Part shown: positions 11,602-22,280 of the stretch, piece after piece
How positions within the stretch are numbered: the first letter of the stretch is position 1
Layout: each line of letters starts with the position of its first letter
NCBI GenBank assembly: GCA_016201275.1
Contig: JACQDB010000030.1
Location: 65,864 to 129,863 of the forward strand
Direction of reading: 5' to 3'
DNA length: 64,000 bases
Source of the DNA: Acidobacteriota bacterium
GTDB lineage: Bacteria > Acidobacteriota > Blastocatellia > UBA7656
Translations under genes and position numbers: made by a program
The notes under the pieces: model-generated
Seen by the model: the letters and a program-made list of their open reading frames with translations, nothing else
What the model was told of the DNA's origin: nothing
The model's database searches: none

Positions 11602-12978
11602 TTACAGCGGTTTCTGTGGCAACTCGGCAACCAAAGGTGACGCCACAGGGGGTGCAAGCGTAGAGCGTGCAAGCGGGCGACTGCCCCCTTGGGTGCGCTG
11701 TTTTTCAGCGTGTTTGGATTGGCGAATTTCCAGACCGACAGCGGCAAAAATCAACAACCACGGCAACAATTGAGCGCGCTGTCGGAAGACCAAACCGACA
11801 TTGCCAAACATTAGACTGTAGAGAAAGCCCAGCCCGAAGATGAAGAAGAGCATCGGTTGAATTTCGTTGAACCGTTTGCGAATCAAAAACCAGAAGCCGG
11901 GAACGATGCCAACAAAAAAGAGCCACCACCAAGCCAATAATTCCGGCAGCGATAAAAGCATTCGCACGCTGCCACCGCCCAGTTGCCAGGGGAAAGGTGC
12001 CAGCAACAGATGCGCTGCGCCGATCACCACCGCCAGCCCAAAGCCGGTGGAAGTATTCAGGTCGTAGTCCGATTTTACGCCGGAATTGGTGCCGAATTGC
12101 GCTGGCCCTGTTGAGACGTTTTCTTTGAACTTCTGCACGAACTGCAAATCGAATGCTTCAAATTGTTTTTCATGTTGCGCCAGTACGCCCGACATGGTAA
12201 CCACCGGAAGCACCACCACCGCCAGCAACACCGCCGAGCCGAGGGAGAGTTTGCGTTTGCCGATTTGCGGCAATATCAAACTCAAGGTCACCGCCGCCGC
12301 AATGATATAAGCCGCATAAAAGCGAAATGGAATCACTAAAATCATGGCCGTCGCGCACAACAGAATATCGCGTATCGAAAAGCCTTTGACTTTCAAACGC
12401 ACGCACCCATAAAGCGCGACGGTTTCCAGTAAAATCACCACAGGCTCTTTGACGGTCTGCGCCGACCAGATAATCATTGAAGGAAACAGGCAGGTCAGCC
12501 AGCCCACTCGCGTCGCCACCCATTCGGAAAACAGCGTGTGCGCGGCACGGTAAGCGAAAATCACCGTCAACCCGCCGAAGAAACAATTGAGCGCCGCCGC
12601 CGCCAGACGATCCGGCATCTTGGTCACATAAAACAGAAGCCCAGTTAGATAATAGTATCCCGGCACATTACCCTGATAAGCCTGCGCCAGCACGCTTGGC
12701 ATATCCAGCAGCGCCAGCTTCTGCCATTGTTGAAACAACACCGCCCCGTAATACCAGCCCAGACTATCCTCATCGCCGGTTATCTGCGCTAACCCGAATA
12801 CATACAGTACGACCGACAGCGCAAAGCGAATGAAAAAAGCGTAGAGGAAAAGCTTGACTTGAAACTGCACGGTTAGCCGGTGATTGCGACTCGCAGAGAC
12901 CAGCATGACGCCCAGCACGCCCAGCAAAATAAAGATCACTAGACCGGAAACCAGATCAGGATTGTTAGAATTATTCAC
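11602..12978 (-). CDS. Polytopic membrane protein, possibly Wzy/O-antigen-polymerase-like
   Basis: 458 aa, about 11 hydrophobic segments and a Pro/Ala-rich C-terminal tail. No motif I can assign securely. Confidence 0.35.
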   Translation of the reverse strand: MNNSNNPDLVSGLVIFILLGVLGVMLVSASRNHRLTVQFQVKLFLYAFFIRFALSVVLYVFGLAQITGDEDSLGWYYGAVLFQQWQKLALLDMPSVLAQAYQGNVPGYYYLTGLLFYVTKMPDRLAAAALNCFFGGLTVIFAYRAAHTLFSEWVATRVGWLTCLFPSMIIWSAQTVKEPVVILLETVALYGCVRLKVKGFSIRDILLCATAMILVIPFRFYAAYIIAAAVTLSLILPQIGKRKLSLGSAVLLAVVVLPVVTMSGVLAQHEKQFEAFDLQFVQKFKENVSTGPAQFGTNSGVKSDYDLNTSTGFGLAVVIGAAHLLLAPFPWQLGGGSVRMLLSLPELLAWWWLFFVGIVPGFWFLIRKRFNEIQPMLFFIFGLGFLYSLMFGNVGLVFRQRAQLLPWLLIFAAVGLEIRQSKHAEKQRTQGGSRPLARSTLAPPVASPLVAELPQKPL

Positions 12979-14240
12979 TGCTGCTCGCTTCCCTGGAGTT
13001 TTGCGGTGAACTGTTCATCCCGCAACAGGACATCATATACCTGCCCGTAGCGCTTTGCACCAACGGTTTCGAGGGCCAGGTGAGTGGCGGCAAATTGATG
13101 GCGTTCCGCTCTGCCGTCTTTGCACGCCCACATCTTTGTCAGTTGATCGAGCGCCGCCTCATAGTGCGCTGCGTGCAATTCCGCCAGCACTGCGCCCATT
13201 TGATGTTGAGCAATCCAGCGACTGTAATCACCGATGCTGTCGGTGATTACAACAGGCAAACCTGCCGCTAGATATTCACCAATTTTAATTGGCGAACTGC
13301 CGCGCTCGCATCCGGCGCTGCGTATGAAGGCAAGCCCCGCATCACAGGCCGATAGATACTCGCCCACTTTCTCATGTCGGGCATATTGCACCCAATAGCG
13401 ATTATGAGATATGCCTACGCCTGCGGCAATCCGATGAAATGCTTCCGGGTCATCACCGCTCAAAATCAACAGGCGAGCGCCGCCGCTACGGGCTTGCGCG
13501 ACGCGGAAAAATTCAAACATTTCGGCAACCTGATAGCGCGCTCCGGTCTTGCCAACATAGACAAACACTTTTTCATCGCCGACGCCCAATTCTCGGCGGC
13601 AGCGTTCCCGACTCGCCTGATTGAATTGAAAGACCTGCAGATTTACGCAACAGGGGATGACTTCGATGGGCGCATTCACTTGAAACTCGCGGCGAAAATC
13701 ATCACGCAGAGTTTCGCTCAACACGATGATCGCATCGGCACGTTTTCTCGCTTGCGCTTCAACCCAGGCGGTGACGCGAAACGCACGGCTATCGCGTGAC
13801 CAGTGACCATTATCGGCATATTCTTCCGAAAGCCTAGCATCGGCATCATACAGAAATTTCAGTCGCCCAATGAAGGCAATCCCCAGCGCCATCGCCGCCG
13901 CTATGCTGGAACGCGAATGCACCACTTTCGGGCGATGGCGCAAGGCAATCCACAGTCCCATCAAGATGCCGCGCAGACAATCATAAGCAGTCGCCAAAAG
14001 CGGCCAGCGTTTATGATACGTCAGCGGAAACCACAAGATGCCTTGCTCTGCCAGTTGACGTTTCATCGCGGCAAAGGGTGAGGCCTGTAGCGCGTACTTC
14101 TCCTGCTCGAAGGTGATAAGCGCAAAGCGCCGTCCGCGAGCCGTCAACTGTAACAGATAAGCCAAACTCTGGCTTTGGCACAAAGGGTCGAGCAGGCTCC
14201 AATAACAAATGTATAAAGCCGTTATGTTTTTGTCAGTCAT
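12975..14240 (-). CDS. Glycosyltransferase family 4
   Basis: 421 aa. C-terminal GT4 signature region (SSPIKIGEYLAAGLPVVITDSIG). Confidence 0.8.
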   Translation of the reverse strand: MTDKNITALYICYWSLLDPLCQSQSLAYLLQLTARGRRFALITFEQEKYALQASPFAAMKRQLAEQGILWFPLTYHKRWPLLATAYDCLRGILMGLWIALRHRPKVVHSRSSIAAAMALGIAFIGRLKFLYDADARLSEEYADNGHWSRDSRAFRVTAWVEAQARKRADAIIVLSETLRDDFRREFQVNAPIEVIPCCVNLQVFQFNQASRERCRRELGVGDEKVFVYVGKTGARYQVAEMFEFFRVAQARSGGARLLILSGDDPEAFHRIAAGVGISHNRYWVQYARHEKVGEYLSACDAGLAFIRSAGCERGSSPIKIGEYLAAGLPVVITDSIGDYSRWIAQHQMGAVLAELHAAHYEAALDQLTKMWACKDGRAERHQFAATHLALETVGAKRYGQVYDVLLRDEQFTAKLQGSEQQ

Positions 14241-14299
14241 TCAAACCACTGTGCAGCGATTGCTTCGCGCTTTCGCGCTCCTTTCTTTATCGAACAAAC

Positions 14300-15262
14300 C
14301 TAGCGGCTCTTATAATAATCAAGCGCGCCGCAAAGAGCCGCCACATCTATGCAAAGAAGCAAACCAGCAACGAGCAGATAGGTATGAATGCCTATACGAT
14401 GCTTGAGGGTCAAAGATGCTTTTCGCGCTTGGATACTGCGCTGCGTTCGCCAGAACAGCGCCGCCACAATCAGCAAAAACCACGACCAATGATGCGCCAT
14501 CGCCAGCAATAAAAAGACCGCGCCAATGGCGTACATCTTTGCCAACGCCAGATGCCAGGTTCGCCCTAACCGCGCTTTCAAGGTGTGCTGCGAGTAGGCT
14601 CTAAATTTGCGAAAGACCGCCGCCAAGTCATCTTGAATATGCCAGCGCACCAAAGCATCCGCAGCATACCGGATAACAAAATCGCTGCGCTTGAGGCGCT
14701 CGAAAAATAATAAATCTTCGCAGGCTCGCAAGTCTTCAGGGAATTTCCCCAAGGTCTCCCACACGCCCTTTTGTAACATCATCGAAGCTGTGCTTGGTCC
14801 TCTGAACCAGCGCCCTTCTATCAACTGCGCTGGCGCAACATAAGTCAACGCCAAACCCTCTTTGAAAAAGTTGGTCAGTATCGGCTGATAGGTTCCCAAG
14901 ATAACCTTTGCTTCAGGGTCGCTTGCCGCTTTGCCAATCAGCTTGTCTAACCAATCCGCTTCGACCAATGTGCCTGCATCAACCAGGGCAATCCATTCGT
15001 TGCGCGAGGCTTGAATGGCTAGGTTTCTGGCGCGTCCCGGATAAGCCTCAGCGTCTTCGAGTAAACGAATCACATGACCTTGAGCAATGAACTCTTTAAT
15101 GATCTCTTTGGTCTTATCGGTAGAGCCGCCATCGGTAAGGATAATTTCATCAGGTGAAAATTTTTGCTTGAGCAGGGCTTGAAGAAATGGGCGTATGCTT
15201 GCTTCTTCATCGCGCACCGGCGCAATCAAACTGACTTTAAAATCTTCTGGCGTATTATTCAC
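14300..15262 (-). CDS. Glycosyltransferase family 2 with C-terminal TM segments
   Basis: VSLIAPVRDEE...DEIILTDGGSTD...LVDAGT (GT-A DxD region), then hydrophobic C-terminus. Confidence 0.8.
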   Translation of the reverse strand: MNNTPEDFKVSLIAPVRDEEASIRPFLQALLKQKFSPDEIILTDGGSTDKTKEIIKEFIAQGHVIRLLEDAEAYPGRARNLAIQASRNEWIALVDAGTLVEADWLDKLIGKAASDPEAKVILGTYQPILTNFFKEGLALTYVAPAQLIEGRWFRGPSTASMMLQKGVWETLGKFPEDLRACEDLLFFERLKRSDFVIRYAADALVRWHIQDDLAAVFRKFRAYSQHTLKARLGRTWHLALAKMYAIGAVFLLLAMAHHWSWFLLIVAALFWRTQRSIQARKASLTLKHRIGIHTYLLVAGLLLCIDVAALCGALDYYKSR

Positions 15263-15301
15263 TTAAAGACTGCGCGGCTCTTTGTTAAACATTCAGCATC
15301 C

Positions 15302-16429
15302 CTACGCTACCGGCTCAAACTTAGGCTCAGAGCTTGGGACTTTGCTAAAGCGCGAGTGCTGCCACAAAGCTGTAACGACGATCTGCAATTTGCTCAAGAC
15401 CACGGCGACCCCTATGGCGATAAACGGCACCGTAGGATATTTGTAGCGGTCTTGCGCTAAAAAAACCGCCTGCATCAATGCAAAGTAAGCCGTGGGAATC
15501 ATGACAATGCACCAAGAGCGCAAACTGAAATCGCTAATCCTGAATAGAGGAAAAATCAGATAGACACAAAAGAGCAGCATAATCGCGTTGAAGAAGGTAT
15601 TGCAGATTTTAATAAAGCCGCCGGACAAAATTGCTGGCAAAGGTCTGCCTGCATTTAAGCTGCTCTGCGCGACTTCAACATCAACTTCGTAAGTGCGATA
15701 AAGTCTGGCGAAAAATAAGCGCGCAAACCGTTTGGGTTTTTCTTTAATGAAAGCCATCGCCTCTTTTCTAGCTAAGGCATCGCGCAGCACTTCGTCTGTA
15801 ACCTCGGCGTGCGGCTGAAAACCTCCATCGCTTGGCAATCCTGTGGCTTCGGGATTATTGCCTTGCCATAAAACGCCGCCGCCGAAAGTAGTCGCCGGAA
15901 TGATGGCATGAAAAACTCTGTAGTTGCGATAAACCCACGGAGCCATTACGAGCAAGACAGCGACGAAAGCAAGCGCGTGAACAGTTAGAAGCGAGAAGAG
16001 TTGCATACCGATTCTTCGTCCGAGCGGCGCTTCTTTATAACTTTTTAATTTGATATAGCGTGAGCCGACCAAACAATCCCAATGATTTTGGAGAAACTCT
16101 TCGGTCATCATTTGAATCTGTTCCGGGTGGTGCTGCCCGTCTGCATCAAGGGTTATCAAGACTTCGTAGCCATTTTGCAAAGCGTATTTGATAGCCGTTT
16201 GAATGGCGCGTCCATACCCCAGATTGCAGAGATGCGTAGCGGTCACGACCTTGAGTTCGCTAAGGATTTGTCCGGTTGCGTCATGCGAGCCATCGTTAAT
16301 CACCAGCAAATCATAGCCCGGCATTGAGCCACGCACACGATTGATGACGTTGGTGATGGTCGCGGCTTCATTGTAAGACGGGATGGCAAGCAGTATTTTA
16401 TTTTGAGATTTGTTTGATGGTTTCATCAT
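15302..16429 (-). CDS. GT2 polyprenyl-phosphate sugar synthase-like (DPM1/ArnC/GtrB-like) with C-terminal membrane domain
   Basis: ILLAIPSYNEAATI...LLVINDGSHD...LDADGQHHP, then four TM helices. Classic GtrB/ArnC architecture. Confidence 0.7.
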   Translation of the reverse strand: MMKPSNKSQNKILLAIPSYNEAATITNVINRVRGSMPGYDLLVINDGSHDATGQILSELKVVTATHLCNLGYGRAIQTAIKYALQNGYEVLITLDADGQHHPEQIQMMTEEFLQNHWDCLVGSRYIKLKSYKEAPLGRRIGMQLFSLLTVHALAFVAVLLVMAPWVYRNYRVFHAIIPATTFGGGVLWQGNNPEATGLPSDGGFQPHAEVTDEVLRDALARKEAMAFIKEKPKRFARLFFARLYRTYEVDVEVAQSSLNAGRPLPAILSGGFIKICNTFFNAIMLLFCVYLIFPLFRISDFSLRSWCIVMIPTAYFALMQAVFLAQDRYKYPTVPFIAIGVAVVLSKLQIVVTALWQHSRFSKVPSSEPKFEPVA

Positions 16430-16568
16430 CTGGTTATTTGCTCGACTTCAGAAATTTCACGGCTTACCCTCCTGCTTGAAACCAAACACGCTACGATCCA
16501 CATAAAATGATTTTTGCATCTTTAGGCGACACCTTGGATGAGCCTCTGGCGCGGCTTTCGCAACCCGC

Positions 16569-17318
16569 CTAGTCAGCTTTCGTAGAGCTTTTTCTGGCGA
16601 TGCAAATCAGCGACACACCAAAAGGAAAATTTATCCAATTCAACAGAAATCTCTCGAAACCCAAAATCCCTATAAGCAGCGCATTGAGCCAACCGGGCAA
16701 GATGATGTGCGATGATTTCGGATAGACAGATTTTTTAAAGACGCTCTGGAGAAGTCGCATGATAAAAATCGGAAAGAAGAGAAAGGTTATGTAGTAGCTG
16801 ATTCTCTCAACTTCAAAGCCACTGATAGTCAATTTATTGCGTAACTCGGAAGCCGCATAGCGCCTACGGTGCTGGAGCGCCTCATCATGTTCGCTCCAAA
16901 GAAATCCATAAGCCGGAACCGTAATGACCAAAAGCCCTTCTGGCTTGGTCACTCGCAACAACTCTTGCAATCCCGCCAAGTCATCATCTATGTGTTCCAA
17001 TACATCCAGCGCCGTTATCACGTCAAAGCTGGAGGATTGAAAAGGCAGAGTTTCAACACGCGAGCATACTAGATTATTTATGCCGCGACTCTTTGCGAAG
17101 GTCAGCGCATCTTTGGAAAAGTCGCAACTAACGGTCTCTCCGTATTTCGATAGGACGTTATAGTTGATGCCTGTGCCGCAACCAACATCAAGCATAGCCG
17201 GATTCTTGAAGCGCACGATGACCTGCTTGATGGTCTTTTCGAGAAGTTTGCGACGGGCAACAAACCACCAATAAAAGCTCTCCAGCTTGAACATCTCGGC
17301 GTATTCGGGAGTATTCAT
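16569..17318 (-). CDS. Class I SAM-dependent methyltransferase
   Basis: Motif I MLDVGCGTGIN, then FDVITALDVLEHI and a C-terminal hydrophobic region. Confidence 0.8.
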   Translation of the reverse strand: MNTPEYAEMFKLESFYWWFVARRKLLEKTIKQVIVRFKNPAMLDVGCGTGINYNVLSKYGETVSCDFSKDALTFAKSRGINNLVCSRVETLPFQSSSFDVITALDVLEHIDDDLAGLQELLRVTKPEGLLVITVPAYGFLWSEHDEALQHRRRYAASELRNKLTISGFEVERISYYITFLFFPIFIMRLLQSVFKKSVYPKSSHIILPGWLNALLIGILGFERFLLNWINFPFGVSLICIARKSSTKAD

Positions 17319-17337
17319 CTATGTTGTGTCTCTGTCC

Positions 17338-18120
17338 TTATTCATAAAATTTTCCCTGCCGCTTGATGCGTGTCTCGTTGGCTCGATGTTTTCTAGTGGC
17401 AATAAAGCCCACGGCTGCGCTGTGCGATTTCGCAAAGATCAACTCGTGATCTTTCAAGTGCTGAGGCTTGCGCTGCATAAAAGACTTGACCGCCGAGGGC
17501 AATAAGGACGCCTTCACCATACCTGCGGCGATAAGGTTTCGAAGTTTGCTGGGGTAGCGCGCCCCCGCATAACCCATCTCGAAATGCGCGTTAAAGACAT
17601 TCCATTGGCGTGACAGGATGATGGATTGAACTGCAAAACCGCTGCTGCTCAACAACTCATAGACCGCTAGCGGTGAGCAATGAAAATAGGAAATGTGATA
17701 AGGCTCCGAAAAAGCTATAGAGCCAACAAACAGGCTGCCCTCTTTCGCCACGCGCGCCGCTTCCGCCATTGCCACATGGGGATTTTTCAAATGCTCGAAG
17801 ACCGCCGAGCTTATCAGTAAATCAAACGATTCATCTTGAAAAGGCAAGAGATGCAAATCGGCTAACAGGTCAGGAGCTGCGCCCTCAAGATCAACGCCTG
17901 TAAGATGGTAGCCCAGCATTTCAAGCGGCTCTTTAAAGCGTTGGCGCTCAACCCCGCAACCTAAATCTATGGCGCATTGCTTCGATTCAGTTTTTGGTAC
18001 GGAACGAATTATGGAAAGCTCGGTGCTTTCCCATTCTGTAGATAGCGGAAAAGGCAATTCGTTTTCGGGCCAATGAATCTCCCCGCAGCTTGCTGCGGGG
18101 TATCGGGGAGTTACTGGCAC
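17338..18120 (-). CDS. Class I SAM-dependent methyltransferase
   Basis: AIDLGCGVE ... FDLLISSAVFEHLKNP. Confidence 0.75.
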   Translation of the reverse strand: MPVTPRYPAASCGEIHWPENELPFPLSTEWESTELSIIRSVPKTESKQCAIDLGCGVERQRFKEPLEMLGYHLTGVDLEGAAPDLLADLHLLPFQDESFDLLISSAVFEHLKNPHVAMAEAARVAKEGSLFVGSIAFSEPYHISYFHCSPLAVYELLSSSGFAVQSIILSRQWNVFNAHFEMGYAGARYPSKLRNLIAAGMVKASLLPSAVKSFMQRKPQHLKDHELIFAKSHSAAVGFIATRKHRANETRIKRQGKFYE

Positions 18121-18392
18121 AATTGATACGCTGGCAAACTGCCATCTGCCAGCGCAGAGAGCGCCTCCTTCGCAGCAAGCTGCGGGGAACTAACCCCATA
18201 GAGATTAGATAAAAGCTTTTGAAGGCTTAAAGCGAACGCGAAGCCCTTCTACAATGCGTCCGCTACTATTGTGGTTCCCCTGCCGAAATGGCTTACCACC
18301 CGACCACCAGTACAAAGCGAAAGCGCTGGCACAAATCTTCAATGACATATCTATGGGCGTGCGCGTGACAAGTGCTATCGAGCTTTTTGACT

Positions 18393-19409
18393 TCATTTCA
18401 ATAGCGCAAGCTCCGGCATTTGAGTATAAATCCGTTTCCCTAATTCCTGAGAAAAAATTGCCGCGCCATCTTTATTCACATGTACACCATCTAGAAAGTG
18501 GTTTGTTGACAAAAAAGGAGACATGCTGAAATCAAGCAAAGTAAATTTTAACTCGTCCTGCAAATAGCCCATTCGTTCAACCATCTCTTCCACTATCTTG
18601 TCGCGTTTTCTCAACGGTGGTATGACCAATATAAATTTGAAATTGCGATTTCGCGCCAGGAGTGCCAAGTCTCGAATCACCTGAATCTTTTCAACTTTTA
18701 TCTCTGATGAAGTTGCCAATGAAGTCGAGGGCGAAGGATTCCGTGCTGATGGTTCAGGAGTTGCCTCAATCAAGGGGGTAAACCCGCGCTGTGCCCAAGT
18801 CTGTTTGAGGCTCTCCTTTGCAAAGCTGGAGTTCTTCACATAAGGAGTAACGCGCATCAGCCATAACAGTCGCATCTCTTTGTAGAACGAAAAGGGAGAC
18901 TCGACTCTTTTACAGATCGGCGAATTTAATATTTGCGCCTCAGCTTTGTCGGTCGCCAGAAAGCCGTAGGGGCTGAACAAGGCAATGACTACTTTTGGTG
19001 GCGCATAGGGTTCGTTAAGCAGTGGGAGCGTTGTGCAATGACAAGCCATAGGATAGTTCGCCGGAGTCGCCAGATTATAACTATCAACGGCAGCGGGTAA
19101 TGTAGTCCGTAAGGCTTGGAGGTCAATGCCGAAGCGCGCCGTTGAGTCGCCAATGATGACAAGATTAGGCGCTGCTCCCTGCATGATATGTTGACGATAT
19201 GCCTCAAATCGAAAGCCAGACTCATCTTCCCAGTATTCACAATAGGGAGAGACGCTATGAACCAGCAATCGTGCGCCAACTTCTGCGACAAAGACAAGGG
19301 CGAGAGTTAACGCCAGCGCTCGAAAAAATCCTTTCGGTCTGGCTTTCTCCAAGCGCAACGTATCAAAACTGAAAATAGATGAACGGAATATTGGCACCCA
19401 AGCCTCCAA
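18393..19409 (-). CDS. AlgJ/AlgX/DltD-like O-acetylation partner protein (SGNH-like, membrane anchored)
   Basis: N-terminal TM anchor, then LVIIGDSTARFG (GDS motif). Lies immediately downstream of, and overlapping, the MBOAT gene, as in algI-algJ and dltB-dltD pairs. Confidence 0.5.
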   Translation of the reverse strand: MEAWVPIFRSSIFSFDTLRLEKARPKGFFRALALTLALVFVAEVGARLLVHSVSPYCEYWEDESGFRFEAYRQHIMQGAAPNLVIIGDSTARFGIDLQALRTTLPAAVDSYNLATPANYPMACHCTTLPLLNEPYAPPKVVIALFSPYGFLATDKAEAQILNSPICKRVESPFSFYKEMRLLWLMRVTPYVKNSSFAKESLKQTWAQRGFTPLIEATPEPSARNPSPSTSLATSSEIKVEKIQVIRDLALLARNRNFKFILVIPPLRKRDKIVEEMVERMGYLQDELKFTLLDFSMSPFLSTNHFLDGVHVNKDGAAIFSQELGKRIYTQMPELALLK

Positions 19410-20799
19410 AAATCAGAATCAAGATGATTAAACTGGCATAACATACGCCTCTCACAAACCATCGTTGCTTGAGGATGAATACCTCATCGTGGCTGAACTC
19501 TTGTGCTATATCCAATGCAAAGATGCCTACGCACAAGGCCGTGATACGCAAGCCCAATAGGGATGCAGGAGAATTGGCTGTCGCCGGATGCCAGGTAAGT
19601 ATGCCGTACAGATATTTCCAGGCCATGCCAAACGATTCGGCACGAAAGAAAATCCAAGTTAGAGCGACAAGATGGAACGTGGCAACAACCTTCAACAAAA
19701 GGACAAATTTGTCTAGCAAACTGGTCGGCAAACTTTCACTCTTGATCGGGGTTCTATCCAACAAGAATTTATGCGCGGCGAGATATAAACCATGCAGTCC
19801 GCCCCAAACCACAAAGGTCCAACTCGCGCCATGCCACAAGCCGCCGAGTAACATGGTGAGCATCAAGTTGCGATAGGTTTTTGCCACAGCATCGCGGTTT
19901 CCCCCCAACGGTATATATAGATAATCGCGCAGCCAGGTGGACAGCGAAATATGCCAACGATGCCAGAAGTCTGTGATCGAAGCAGCGAAATAAGGGCGGT
20001 TAAAATTGATTAATAGCTCAATACCAAACAGCTTGCTAACACCTCGTGCAATATCCGTATAACCAGAAAAATCGCAGTAGATCTGCACCGAAAAAAGATA
20101 GAGCGCAACGAGCAAATCGAAGCCGGAGCAGCTCGCCGGATTCAGAAAACGAAAATCCACAACCGGCCCCAGAGCATCGGCAACACCAACCTTTTTGAAG
20201 AAACCGATGAGAATCAGCAGCAGACCTTCGCGAACCAGTTGCCAATTGACCCGCCTCGGTCTTGCTAGCTGCGGCAAGAGATTGGCAGCGCGGGCAATCG
20301 GTCCAGCAACCAGTTGAGGGAAATATAATACATATAAGACGTAGAGCCAGAAGTCGGACACCGGCTCTAAATCCTCGCGGTAAACATCTATAACATAAGA
20401 AAGCTCATGAAAGGTGTAAAACGAAATGCCCACCGGCAAAATGATACTCAAGGTTGGTAAAGCATGGTGTACACCGATGGCATTCAACAATGTGTCGGTC
20501 GAGCCAATGAAAAAATTAAAGTATTTGAAAAATCCCAGAATCGTCAGGTTGGTGCAGACACTGAACAGTAGATAGGATTTTTTTCTTTTTGGTTCAGCGG
20601 CACGATGAATTTGTAACGCACAGAGGTAATCAATTACCGTTGGAACAATCAAGAGAAGTAGAAATCGCGGATCCCACCAGCCATAAAAAACTAGACTGGC
20701 TAGCAGCAGCCAGAAATTCTGCGCTCTGGTTTTCAGCGTAAAGTAAACCGATAAAACCAAAGGTAGAAAAATAGCAAAGGCGATGGAATTAAAAAGCAT
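19363..20799 (-). CDS. MBOAT-family membrane O-acyltransferase (AlgI/DltB-like)
   Basis: 478 aa polytopic protein with FWHRWHISLSTWLRDYLYIPLGG and LGGLWHGASW (conserved His of MBOAT). Confidence 0.9.
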   Translation of the reverse strand: MLFNSIAFAIFLPLVLSVYFTLKTRAQNFWLLLASLVFYGWWDPRFLLLLIVPTVIDYLCALQIHRAAEPKRKKSYLLFSVCTNLTILGFFKYFNFFIGSTDTLLNAIGVHHALPTLSIILPVGISFYTFHELSYVIDVYREDLEPVSDFWLYVLYVLYFPQLVAGPIARAANLLPQLARPRRVNWQLVREGLLLILIGFFKKVGVADALGPVVDFRFLNPASCSGFDLLVALYLFSVQIYCDFSGYTDIARGVSKLFGIELLINFNRPYFAASITDFWHRWHISLSTWLRDYLYIPLGGNRDAVAKTYRNLMLTMLLGGLWHGASWTFVVWGGLHGLYLAAHKFLLDRTPIKSESLPTSLLDKFVLLLKVVATFHLVALTWIFFRAESFGMAWKYLYGILTWHPATANSPASLLGLRITALCVGIFALDIAQEFSHDEVFILKQRWFVRGVCYASLIILILIFGGLGANIPFIYFQF

Positions 20800-20933
20800 G
20801 GTTGCCCTATTCCGACAAGGTTTGAAAGCAACGCTGACCAGAGTCGTGCGTCATGGAGATTTGCATCCTTCACTGAAACGGTCTGCGCTGCATTGAATTC
20901 AACAACTGAGGCCGCGCCGCGTTCCTTACCCCT

Positions 20934-22277
20934 TTAGAAGGCTTTGGAAATATCGGTTGATTCTTTCCGATAGGGAAACCGTTTTTTCAAGTTATTAATA
21001 GGCCGTTCAAAAATCTCCCAGGAGATGGCTGCTGCGGCAATCGCAAAGGTACACGAGAGGATAAAATAAATGGCTGTATTCATGTGAGGAAGCGAAAGTA
21101 GGTCTCTCTTCATCGCCGCATAAATAAGCAGTACCAGCAGCAGGCTGGAACTACCAAGATAAAATAACGGTTTCACTATGGCGGCATTGATCAGAAGGCG
21201 CTGCAATTTTTTTGAAGCGATAACGCTCATCAATGAGACAAAAACCAGAGTAGTGATTATGGAAGCCACCAGCATCGGTCTCTGCTTTAACAGACTTAAT
21301 AGCCCATCAAGAACGCCCTGAATACAGCTATGATAAACGTAGATGCCATAGCTGATCGTCCCCATATAGAGCAGCGATTTGGATTCAAGAATTTTACCGA
21401 ATATGCCTGTGAACCCTTTTGCGGCGGTTGCGATCAACCAAACACAAGACAATCCCATAACAATATCAAAGGTTAGAAATTGCCATAGCGCACCGCTCTT
21501 CAGATAATAAAGAAAGAGGTCAACAAAGAGCAGTGGCACGCCCATATATAGGGCGATCTTCAAAAAAATCTGCCGACTACGAGACTGTGCAAAATCCTTA
21601 TTTGACAGCAGTGCCAGCAATGCGCCAAGACCCAGTGTGTCCAGACAAGCAAATGGAAGAACCGCCCAGTTGCTAAAATTCAACCCGAGCACCGCGATGC
21701 TCAATCGGAAGATCGGAGCCAGCAGTATCACCCCAAAAATCACTTTGAGGAGGTGTCTCCTTGAGGTATAGAGAATCACCCAAGGCCAGACAAGATAAAA
21801 CTGCTCTTCAACAGCAAGCGTCCAGAAGGGCGACAACGCGCCAGGCCAGTTTCCCGTTTTGGTTATATAGACATTCGATAAATAGGTGGCGTGCCAGAAA
21901 AAGGTCTGGCGTGCAGGAGCCATATTGACGATCACTGCCAAAAGTAAGACAAAATAGAATAGCGGGAAGATGCGTAGAAAGCGCCGTATATAAAATCGTC
22001 GCAAGGTAAAGCCGATGCTTTGCTCTGTGGTGTCAGTAATCTCTTTGCATTTCAGGAGAATTCCGGTGATAAGAAAGCCGCTCAAAACAAAAAAGAGCTT
22101 TACCCCCATAGCGCCAAAAGGGGCTATAGCTATTGAGGCTGGCAGGAAGTGCTGAAGCAGAACCCCTGATACGGCAAACGCACGCAGCGCATCCAACTGC
22201 ATCAGATGAGGAACACGCTGTTCTCTTGTCTTGCTGTCAGTATCTAATTTCAGCATTAAAGGATTTGGCGGAATCAA
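20934..22277 (-). CDS. Acyltransferase family 3 (OafA/YrhL-like) membrane O-acetyltransferase
   Basis: LDALRAFAVSGVLLQHF...GVKLFFVLSGFLI N-terminal signature, at least 10 TM helices. Confidence 0.85.
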   Translation of the reverse strand: MIPPNPLMLKLDTDSKTREQRVPHLMQLDALRAFAVSGVLLQHFLPASIAIAPFGAMGVKLFFVLSGFLITGILLKCKEITDTTEQSIGFTLRRFYIRRFLRIFPLFYFVLLLAVIVNMAPARQTFFWHATYLSNVYITKTGNWPGALSPFWTLAVEEQFYLVWPWVILYTSRRHLLKVIFGVILLAPIFRLSIAVLGLNFSNWAVLPFACLDTLGLGALLALLSNKDFAQSRSRQIFLKIALYMGVPLLFVDLFLYYLKSGALWQFLTFDIVMGLSCVWLIATAAKGFTGIFGKILESKSLLYMGTISYGIYVYHSCIQGVLDGLLSLLKQRPMLVASIITTLVFVSLMSVIASKKLQRLLINAAIVKPLFYLGSSSLLLVLLIYAAMKRDLLSLPHMNTAIYFILSCTFAIAAAAISWEIFERPINNLKKRFPYRKESTDISKAF

Positions 22278-22280
22278 CCT

